Of a DNA stretch of 64,000 nucleotides, positions 51,497 to 59,424 are shown one piece after another. The notes under the pieces were generated by a model. It did no database searches and was not told the DNA's origin. It saw nothing but the letters and a program-made list of their open reading frames with translations. The stretch is from an uncultured archaeon (GTDB lineage: Archaea; Asgardarchaeota; Lokiarchaeia; Sigyniarchaeales; SOKP01). The stretch is from contig CAZALK010000001.1 in assembly GCA_964486045.1 (NCBI GenBank), forward strand, positions 456,242 through 520,241. Direction: 5' to 3'. The position numbers and the translations under genes were made by a program. The first letter of the stretch is position 1. Each line of letters opens with the position of its first letter.

Positions 51497-54379
51497 ATGA
51501 GCTTCAAATCGAAAGGTCCGAAATCACATCCCAGCCACAGCCCTAAAGCTAAACCCGAACCGCCTAAACCCACCCCTGAAAAAGATTCAAAACCATCTAA
51601 CCAAAAACCGAACCAAAAGCCAAAACATAAACCTAATCAAAATTCTAAACCTCAACCAGGAAAAATTCGACAGGATAAAAATCAAAAACCAAAAACTAAC
51701 CCAAGTGAAAAATCTAAAAATAATATTAGCCCACCCCTCCTAGACCTGAATAACAATGCTAAAAAGATCATTACTAACCTCGCCTCTCAGCCAATTAAAG
51801 AACATACCACACCTCCTACAAAATCTCCCCTAGAACCGAATAAAGAATCTAAAAACAGAATAATCCGACCCGTTTTCAAACCGAATATGATTCAAAATGG
51901 TAATAATAGAATTAAACGCCCTAACTTCAAACCGGATCAACATAAAGGATCTAAAAATATCATCTCCCGACTAATATTCGATCCAAATAAACCTTCCTCT
52001 AATAAAAATAAAATTTCTCGGCCAAATTTCATACCTAATGATGAAGCTAAGAATAAAATCATAAAATATACAATTGAATCAACAGGAAAACCTAAAAACA
52101 GAATTAATAGATACCAAATTGACTCGGGTAAAAACCAACAATATAATAATAAAATAAGGAGGATTCCATTCAAGCCAAATGATGAAATTAAAAACAATAC
52201 CGAAAGTACACCCGCCAGACCTAAGCATATCAAAAATAATAGTCAACCAGCAATAATAAAACCAACTACTACACCCCCCCAAATAACCAAAAACAAGATT
52301 ATTAAGACTGAACCCCTCACTCACCCGCAAAAAGAAACCAGGAAAAATATAGTTAAATCCAGATGGGCATTCCTTAACTACGATGCTCAAGGAAACCTAC
52401 TCTCGCGTGAAGTCAAAATGCAAAATGCTGTCAACCACTTCAACCGAGAAATCCTTCCCGAATTAATGAAAGATCCCGCCATCGCTAAAAAAATTAAAAA
52501 ATTACACACAGTCGGTTCAAACGACCTAGTTCGTAAAAATTATAGCGGATTCCTCAACGCCTTGAGCAGAGAACATAAAATTAAATGGAGTGAACTCAAA
52601 TCTACTATAAGTCCTATTAAAATTACCACACATTTAACCATGCTGAAAGGGAAAACCTCGCTCAAGCCTAAACATAAGACTAAATCCAAACCAGATCTTA
52701 ATTATGACTACTTTTCCATGAATTATGATGATAACCTAAATCCGCTTAACCGTGAACAAAAACTTCAAAAGGCAATCACAGTCTACAATCAAAAAATTTT
52801 ACCTGATCTCCAAAATGTTCCAGAAATTAAAGAAAAACTCGAAAATGGAAAGAGTGTAAGCTACCGAGACCTTGAAAATCAAGGGTATGGGAATTTTTAC
52901 GAGGCTTTAAATAGAAATGGCGTGAAGATCAGATGGAACGAATTCAAACAAGAAGCTGGCTATAAAGTTAACATTGATCACGAAAAATACAAGTTTCTTA
53001 ACTACGATCAGAATGGCAATAGAATTAACCCTGAGGAAAAATTAGTCATTGCCCTTGACCACTACAATAATATTATCGTACCAGACTTGATGAAAATCCC
53101 TGAAATCAAACAAAAGATTGAATCTGGATATCCTCCTGCCCTTGATGATTTGATTAAATACGGACATCCGGGATTCATCGCACCCCTCTCTCAAAAAGAA
53201 CCAAAAATCCATTATAACACCTTAATTGAAGCAGCAGGCCTTAAACCAAATGTGGATCACAATAAATATCGATTCTTAAATTACAATGAACAAGATACTC
53301 CTCATTCTTATCAAGACAAAATGGAAATTGCCAAGGAATTCTTCAGTAATATCATTGTCCCAAAGCTGATCGAGAAAGATTTAATTAGACCAGGGGAAAC
53401 TCCAGGTCTCAGGGAAATGGTCAAGGGTGGATTCAGTGGATTTTTTCCTTCTCTCGCCTTTAAAGAACAGAAAATTGATTACAATGATCTAATTCAAGCA
53501 GTAGGTCTCGACCCAAATATTACTCATGGTCGTTGGGATTTCATCAAATATGACCATAACGGAAATATTCTCTCGAAGGAAGAAAAACTCGCCAACGCTG
53601 CTGATTATTTTAACACAATTGTTTACCCCGATTTAATTAACAAGGATGCTGTTAAGCAAGGAGAAGCCCCGACTTCCCTTGATCTACAGGATTATAAGCA
53701 TGAGGATTTTCTCAGTGCCTTGCGTGGTAAAGAACCTAAAGTTTCATTTAACCGTTTAATTGAGCATGCGGGATTCACCCCACATGATTTTAATACTTTA
53801 TCTACAATAGGCACTAATTTTCATTGGACCGCAGAAAAAATTTTTTTGGAACATACCAGAAATCAAAATTGCACTTCTTTCTATGAAGTTAGAGGAAATG
53901 GTGACAATTCAATTGTAGTTGATAAAAATTTTAAAAATTTATCCAATGGTGCGGATCTTCTTGCTCAATTACGTCCAAATATTAAGATTATTAATTTTGA
54001 TTATTTTCTCAGTAACTCAGAAAAAAGTAAAACTGATCATAGCCAAAGAAACTACCAAGGTGAAGAAGTAGCGCTTTGTCTTATCCCTCTAAATGCTAAT
54101 GAACCGCAAGACATAGATCAAGACATTCCTCATAGTAATAATGTTTTAGTTTTAAATCCTAAAGGTTTCGCCGCTTTCCTGGGATATAAAGATGGAATTT
54201 ACGATAAATTTATGGAAAGTGTCCAATTAGCGAGAATAGCCATGTACGATGAGGAGGCAAAAGAGATATTATATGAAATGAGAGTAGAAGCTTATGATGC
54301 CCTAAAAAGCAATGAAAACGATTTAAATTACTCGACAAAAGAATTTAAAAAGTTCCGCGATACACAAAAAGAAACTTAA
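51497..54379 (+). CDS. Low-complexity leader + five ~90-aa repeats + putative PD-(D/E)xK nuclease domain
   Basis: K/P/N-rich N-terminus with KNRI.RP.F.PN mini-repeats; 5x (F)LNYD..GN....EK...A..(F/Y)N..I.P.L...G...F..AL; C-terminal GTNFH...YE...GD...FDY. Confidence 0.7.
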   Translation: MSFKSKGPKSHPSHSPKAKPEPPKPTPEKDSKPSNQKPNQKPKHKPNQNSKPQPGKIRQDKNQKPKTNPSEKSKNNISPPLLDLNNNAKKIITNLASQPIKEHTTPPTKSPLEPNKESKNRIIRPVFKPNMIQNGNNRIKRPNFKPDQHKGSKNIISRLIFDPNKPSSNKNKISRPNFIPNDEAKNKIIKYTIESTGKPKNRINRYQIDSGKNQQYNNKIRRIPFKPNDEIKNNTESTPARPKHIKNNSQPAIIKPTTTPPQITKNKIIKTEPLTHPQKETRKNIVKSRWAFLNYDAQGNLLSREVKMQNAVNHFNREILPELMKDPAIAKKIKKLHTVGSNDLVRKNYSGFLNALSREHKIKWSELKSTISPIKITTHLTMLKGKTSLKPKHKTKSKPDLNYDYFSMNYDDNLNPLNREQKLQKAITVYNQKILPDLQNVPEIKEKLENGKSVSYRDLENQGYGNFYEALNRNGVKIRWNEFKQEAGYKVNIDHEKYKFLNYDQNGNRINPEEKLVIALDHYNNIIVPDLMKIPEIKQKIESGYPPALDDLIKYGHPGFIAPLSQKEPKIHYNTLIEAAGLKPNVDHNKYRFLNYNEQDTPHSYQDKMEIAKEFFSNIIVPKLIEKDLIRPGETPGLREMVKGGFSGFFPSLAFKEQKIDYNDLIQAVGLDPNITHGRWDFIKYDHNGNILSKEEKLANAADYFNTIVYPDLINKDAVKQGEAPTSLDLQDYKHEDFLSALRGKEPKVSFNRLIEHAGFTPHDFNTLSTIGTNFHWTAEKIFLEHTRNQNCTSFYEVRGNGDNSIVVDKNFKNLSNGADLLAQLRPNIKIINFDYFLSNSEKSKTDHSQRNYQGEEVALCLIPLNANEPQDIDQDIPHSNNVLVLNPKGFAAFLGYKDGIYDKFMESVQLARIAMYDEEAKEILYEMRVEAYDALKSNENDLNYSTKEFKKFRDTQKET

Positions 54380-54570
54380 GATGAGAATAGAATTAATTAT
54401 AAATATGAATTGTTTTACTATTTATTACAAGAACTTATATTTATAACAATTAAAAGAGTTAATTTTAGTAAAAATATAATTTATATCGAACTTAATAATA
54501 TGGTTGTTTATGATGTTTGATCGTAAAGGAAATTATTGGAATTACCAATTAAAGCTAGGAGGTGCGAGAA

Positions 54571-55356
54571 ATTCTCCATAATTTTTACTTGATACACCAG
54601 CATATCTCCCCGGAGATTCTCCGTTGAGTGTTAACGGGTATCTGTTTAATACATAGAAATTATGGCACCATCGAATTCAATCAGGATTTAGTGAGTGGCT
54701 TTCTAACCGCCCTTAAGGACTTTAGTGTTGAGTTTTCCAAGGGTAGCGGAGAACTCAAGGTTATAGGTTGTAGATAGATTTTATCTATTAATAAAGACAT
54801 GCAGATATTTTATCTGCTTTTAGTCTTTAAGGAGGGTGTCTTATGTACAGCTGCTGCTGATAAAAATGATGATGCCAAGATTACCCATAAAGCACTAACT
54901 GATATTATTGACAAATTCGTAGGAAAGTTCGGTGATCAGCTTGAGAATTGGTCTGGTGATGTACGTATTTTTCGAGACTTTGAGAGCATAATCGACGATG
55001 TCCTGAAAGTAGGTAAGGTTGCGGAGATCCAGCTAAAGATCCCGATACTCAAAATTTTCAAGAAGGATTTCATCAAGTCGCAGAAGCGCATTGCGAAGAA
55101 GGGGCTGGTGCTTTCGGAGGCGGATTTGCGAGAGGTGAAGGATGTGAAACCGGAGTGGGCTGCCAAGCGCTTACCGAAACAGGTTATAGCGACCGGAATT
55201 TTAGATGCGGTGGAGTTTGATATCGCGCATTTAGCGGACGGATTTCACACGCTTTCGGATATCGCGGAAGAGTCGGGTCACCCAGTGCCAGAGATTCAGA
55301 AGATTATGGACAATTTAGACAAGTTAGAGCTTCTTTCGTTTGTAGAGATAAAGTAA
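54571..55356 (+). CDS. Longin-like domain protein with C-terminal wHTH; spliced CDS (54571-54604, 54635-54766, 54797-55356), 241 aa, ATT start
   Basis: AGGAGGTG RBS at 54557-54564. Spliced product MLHNFYLIHQHTGICLIHRNYGTIEFNQDLVSGFLTALKDFSVEFSKGSGELKVIDMQIFYLLLVFKEGVLCTAAAD matches the Asgard longin-like pattern; DGFHTLSDIAEESG is wHTH-like. Confidence 0.82.
54605..54634 (+). other. Putative 30-nt BHB mRNA intron 1 in longin-like gene
   Basis: GAUAC(A)CC AGCA UA^U CUC CC CGGAG AUU CUCCG UU GAG UGUU AA^C GG GUAUC; in-frame UGA at 54625-54627. Confidence 0.83.
54767..54796 (+). other. Putative 30-nt BHB mRNA intron 2 in longin-like gene
   Basis: G UUAU AG^G UUGUAGAUA GAUUU UAUCUAUUA AUAA AG^A C; in-frame UAG at 54775-54777. 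Removal gives LKVIDMQ. Confidence 0.83.
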
Positions 55357-55812
55357 TTTTATTCTTTCTTTTTATATTAGACCATTTCTATAATGAAGAG
55401 TTTAGCCTATTCTTGAAAAATAATATCTTCAATTCGCTTCAAAAGCTGTTTTCCAAGCTTGGTGGGATAGACTTGTTTGAGCCATGTTGAGGTACGCCTC
55501 AATAGATTATCTCTTTCCTAGTGATTTAAGCGCTTTATTCATTAGCAGGCATACCACTCCTTTTAATTTTTTTAAATAATCCTGAGATATCTCCAATTTC
55601 TTTTTTTTTATTTTTTTAAATCTTTATATTTTATCTCTTTTCAAATCACAGCATATATACCAACCTAAATAATTATGAAGCATTAAGAGTAAAAGTAAAA
55701 AAAAATATCATAAAACAAGATGAAAAGTAAGATTAAAGTATATAATAAATTTTATGACGTTATAGAATTAAATGAATAAATTTTTGAAAACTAACTGATT
55801 TATAACGATAAG

Positions 55813-57285
55813 ATGAATGTTAATAAAGTTGAGGAGAATATTTATGAGATTCCTCCAAAAACATTGATGACCCGGATTCAAGGCAATATAGAGAAATTCC
55901 AAATGAACGTTCCTGTTAGAATTTATGCTAATAGCTATATATTAGAAAAAATCAAGGGAGATCGTACATTAGATCAAATAAGTAATGTTGCATGCTTACC
56001 AGGGGTACAAAAACACGTTATTGCATTATCCGATGCACATCAAGGATATGGTTTCTGTATTGGTGGAGTTGCTGGAACTGAAGCTGAGACAGGAATGATT
56101 TCTCCAGGAGGAGTTGGTTATGATATAAACTGCGGTGTGAGATTATTAAGGACAAATTTATTTCTCACCGATATTAAAAGTCTTTTACCTGAATTATTAG
56201 AGAATATTTATAGAAGTATCCCTTCTGGATTAGGGTCAAAAGGTAAATTAAATATTAGTTATTCTGACTTAGATAATGTTTTAAATAATGGAGTGAAATG
56301 GGCATTAGATAAGGGGTATGCTATTGATAAGGATGTTGACCATCTAGAGGAAAACGGGTGTCTAAAAAATGCGGATGCCACCTTAGTTTCACAGAAGGCA
56401 AAACAAAGAGGCATTAAGCAACTTGGTTCTTTAGGAAGCGGGAATCATTTTCTTGAAATACAAAGAGTAGATCAAATTTACAATAAAGCTATTGCGAAAA
56501 AATTAGGAATTTTCGAGAAAAACCAGATTAATATAATGGTTCATACGGGAAGTAGAGCATTAGGTCATCAAGTTTGTACAGATAGCCTGCGTACTATTGA
56601 AAAGGCGATGAAAACATATAAAATTAAAGTACCTGATAGGGAACTAGCCTGTGTACCAGCAGATACACCTGAAGCAGAAAATTACCTACAACAGATGGCA
56701 TGTGCTGCTAATTTTGGTTTTACAAATCGTCAGTTGATAACTCATTGGTTGAGAGAATCTTTTCAAAATGCATTTAATAAAGACATCGATGCATTAGATA
56801 TGCATATGATTTATGGTGTATGCCATAACATTCTAAAAATAGAAGAACATGATGTGAATGGAAAAAGAATGAATTTAAACATCCATCGTAAAGGTGCAAC
56901 AAGAGCTTTCCCTCCAGGACACCCTGATATACCTCAAGATTATAAAGACATTGGTCAACCTGTCTTGATTCCTGGAACCATGGGATCGGGTTCATACTTA
57001 TGTGTTGGTAAACCAAGGGCAATGGAGCTTTCTTTCGGATCAACCGCTCATGGCTCAGGTCGTTTAATGTCTCGATCGAAAGCCGTTAAACAATATTGGG
57101 GTGCTAAAGTAAAAGAGGATCTGGGAAAGAAAGGAATTTTAGTAAAAAGCGCTTCATTGAAGGTCCTCGCAGAAGAAAGCCCAGGTGCTTATAAAGATAT
57201 TGATCAAGTTGTTCAAGTTAGTCATAATCTTGGAATAGTTGAAAAAATCGTAAGATTTGTACCGGTAGGGGTTGTTAAAGGATAA
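55813..57285 (+). CDS. rtcB: RNA-splicing ligase RtcB
   Basis: DAHQGYGFCIGG, PGGVGYDINCG, GSGNHFLE, HTGSR, HN, HRKGAT, PGTMG, HGSGR, EESPGAYK. Confidence 0.97.
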   Translation: MNVNKVEENIYEIPPKTLMTRIQGNIEKFQMNVPVRIYANSYILEKIKGDRTLDQISNVACLPGVQKHVIALSDAHQGYGFCIGGVAGTEAETGMISPGGVGYDINCGVRLLRTNLFLTDIKSLLPELLENIYRSIPSGLGSKGKLNISYSDLDNVLNNGVKWALDKGYAIDKDVDHLEENGCLKNADATLVSQKAKQRGIKQLGSLGSGNHFLEIQRVDQIYNKAIAKKLGIFEKNQINIMVHTGSRALGHQVCTDSLRTIEKAMKTYKIKVPDRELACVPADTPEAENYLQQMACAANFGFTNRQLITHWLRESFQNAFNKDIDALDMHMIYGVCHNILKIEEHDVNGKRMNLNIHRKGATRAFPPGHPDIPQDYKDIGQPVLIPGTMGSGSYLCVGKPRAMELSFGSTAHGSGRLMSRSKAVKQYWGAKVKEDLGKKGILVKSASLKVLAEESPGAYKDIDQVVQVSHNLGIVEKIVRFVPVGVVKG

Positions 57286-57300
57286 TAATCAAAAAAAATA

Positions 57301-57738
57301 TTAAATATCAAAGACAATTCTAATCTCGACCTTGTCCTTTTTTTCTTCAATATTCATGAAAGAATAAGTAATTGCTTTAACTTCTGTCCCAATTTCATGT
57401 TTATTTCTATCAAATTGTTCTCCTTTCGCTATTGCAAATAATTTAAAATTTTCTTCAATCTTCAGTATTGATTTAACAGATACATAACTAAAAACTAAAT
57501 CTTCTACATCAAATATAAAGAGAAATTCAGATAGGAAGTCAAAGCATAGTGCATATTTATCTTCGGAGATAATTTCAATCTTTTTCTCGATTTTAGGCAT
57601 AACTTTTTTCAAGTTAGGAGTAATAGTAGTCATTAAGCTTAAAGCTGTTTGAGAAAACGCGTCTTCTAGGTTTTTTCCCCAACTTTTGACACTTACATCA
57701 GCAGTGTGGTCCATAAACTCAAATCCGGAGCCATTCAT
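57301..57738 (-). CDS. Archease
   Basis: FEFMDHTADV, GTEVKAITY, terminal VFDI; convergent with rtcB. Confidence 0.95.
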   Translation of the reverse strand: MNGSGFEFMDHTADVSVKSWGKNLEDAFSQTALSLMTTITPNLKKVMPKIEKKIEIISEDKYALCFDFLSEFLFIFDVEDLVFSYVSVKSILKIEENFKLFAIAKGEQFDRNKHEIGTEVKAITYSFMNIEEKKDKVEIRIVFDI

Positions 57739-57834
57739 CTTTGTGCTTGTTAATTTCTAAAATCGATTATTAAAATATTGGCTTAATGATTAAATTTCTT
57801 TGTACTTTAAATTTTTTCGTTAAGAAATTGTAAC

Positions 57835-58338
57835 ATGGGTTTTTACACTATCTTAGATGATTTATATTTTTATCAAATGTTATCATTTGTGAGAAAATAT
57901 TCTAATTTTGAACTTAAGTTGGGTAAGTATTTCTATAATAAAACAAAAGGAATATGTCCAGAATTTATAATTGTAATTGAAAAATTTATCTTTTTTTTTG
58001 TAAAAAATGAGAGCTATTTCATTTCTAAAATTTATTTAGACTCTATGAGAAGGGAAATTAAACCTAAAAAAGTCTAAATATTTAGAGTTGAGAATGTTTT
58101 TATAAATCTCCTGTTCAGCTTTTTTCCGGATCTGTATATCCATGATATAAAAATAGAAAAAGATAAGTCCTCAGGGATAAGAGAAATTTCAATGTATTTT
58201 TTAACTTATAAAGACAGGGGTATCGCCATTGGGAGAAAAGGAGAATATATTAAAAGTTTAAACGAGTTATGTCGAAAATTCTTAGTTCTTGAAAATAGAA
58301 TAACCCCTCTTGAAATTAAATGTAAAACGGTAGAATAA
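57835..58338 (+). pseudogene. NusA-like KH-domain gene with one in-frame TAA (58075-58077)
   Basis: After the TAA the frame continues IFRVENVFINLLFSFFP...KDRGIAIGRKGEYIK...KTVE* (KH GxxG motif of archaeal NusA). Confidence 0.65.
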
Positions 58339-58343
58339 TAATT

Positions 58344-59114
58344 TTAGTAGGGTACAGACTTCAATCCTACTAAGAAAGCCACAATATTTGCGATTAAACT
58401 TACGGCAGGTGTAAGTAATATCAAGAAAATGAGAATGTAAATGTCTGGTAATAAAAATAATTCCGGAGAGATAAATCCAGGAATAGATACAAAAAGAATT
58501 GCTAATAAAGCATAATCTAACTGGTCTACAATCCAAAATGGTGCACCACTCTTAATATCGAATCTTCTTTTAAGAAAAGAGCCTACTAAATCACCAAATA
58601 CAGCCCCATATGATGCAAGAATAATTCTTATTAGTAACACTAAAAAATTTAATGGGATATCACCGCCAATAAAGTAATATTGAAATATATTTGTATCATT
58701 GTACAGAATGTATTGTCCTTCTGCTGAAGCTTGGATTATAATATCTTCAATTGGCTGCCAAAGAATGAAAAAAAGTAGAAAAATAATGAAGGAAATAGGT
58801 ATGCCAATATATAATGGCCCTTTTAAACCTTTAACTGTTTTATGATCTCCCAATATTCTTCTTCCATCTCTAAAAAGTTTCCCTCCATCAATTGGGCGTC
58901 CCCCACCAGTGATAACCATTGAGGCGTTTGAAATATAGGCTGGAACAAAAAGTAGAAGTGAGAAAATTAATAAACTAACCCAATCTGCCCATGAAAAAAT
59001 AATTGAAATAACTATGAAATTTATAAAAATTAAGAAGATGAAAAACAAAGCTAGAAATATCGCGATTTTTTTATTTCTTTTTTCCATTTCGTTTAATTTT
59101 TCGTCTGCTAGCAA
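58344..59114 (-). CDS. carS: CDP-archaeol synthase
   Basis: PAYISN, PIDGG...DGRRILGDHKT, GDLVGSFLKRR, DQLD. Confidence 0.92.
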   Translation of the reverse strand: MLADEKLNEMEKRNKKIAIFLALFFIFLIFINFIVISIIFSWADWVSLLIFSLLLFVPAYISNASMVITGGGRPIDGGKLFRDGRRILGDHKTVKGLKGPLYIGIPISFIIFLLFFILWQPIEDIIIQASAEGQYILYNDTNIFQYYFIGGDIPLNFLVLLIRIILASYGAVFGDLVGSFLKRRFDIKSGAPFWIVDQLDYALLAILFVSIPGFISPELFLLPDIYILIFLILLTPAVSLIANIVAFLVGLKSVPY

Positions 59115-59389
59115 GTTTCCTTATCTCTAGTTAGTGAATATTATTGTAAAATTAGATAATTAAACCAATTATTGATTAAATTAAATTATTTGCAATAATG
59201 TTTCTATCAATAAGATCTTAATATATATTGCTTGATAAATAATATTCTTTTAAAGTAGCGACATTAATAAAGTAACGTACTGAAAATATTACTCAAAATT
59301 AGATATTAAACCTTTAACATCTTTTTATTAAATTAAAGATTAATAAATAATTTTATAAATACAGTAGAAATATATTTTGTAGTATAATA

Positions 59390-59404
59390 TTTCGAGTGGA
59401 AATT
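59390..59404 (+). promoter_or_regulatory. ORB/mini-ORB-like Orc1/Cdc6 binding site
   Basis: TTTCGAGTGGAAATT ~20 bp upstream of cdc6 in an AT-rich intergenic region; one mismatch to the TTCCAGTGGAAA core. Confidence 0.45.
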
Positions 59405-59424
59405 ATTCTTTGAAAAGCTAGTCG

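Noticed and set aside
37447-54379. Diversity-generating retroelement TR/VR pair
   Set aside because: No reverse transcriptase in the window; differences are not adenine-specific and include indels.
54594-54634. Alternative ACAC/GUGU register for longin intron 1
   Set aside because: It would excise 34 nt and frameshift. The AGCA/UGUU register gives full inner and outer helices and 30 nt.
55405-55552. Minus-strand fragment ...VYPTKLGKQLLKRIEDIIFQE resembling a MarR/wHTH tail
   Set aside because: No intact start or frame; at most a decayed remnant.
55850-55905. ~10-aa N-terminal insertion in RtcB as a possible stop-free intron
   Set aside because: No BHB with helices 30 nt apart was found by eye; probably a lineage-specific loop.
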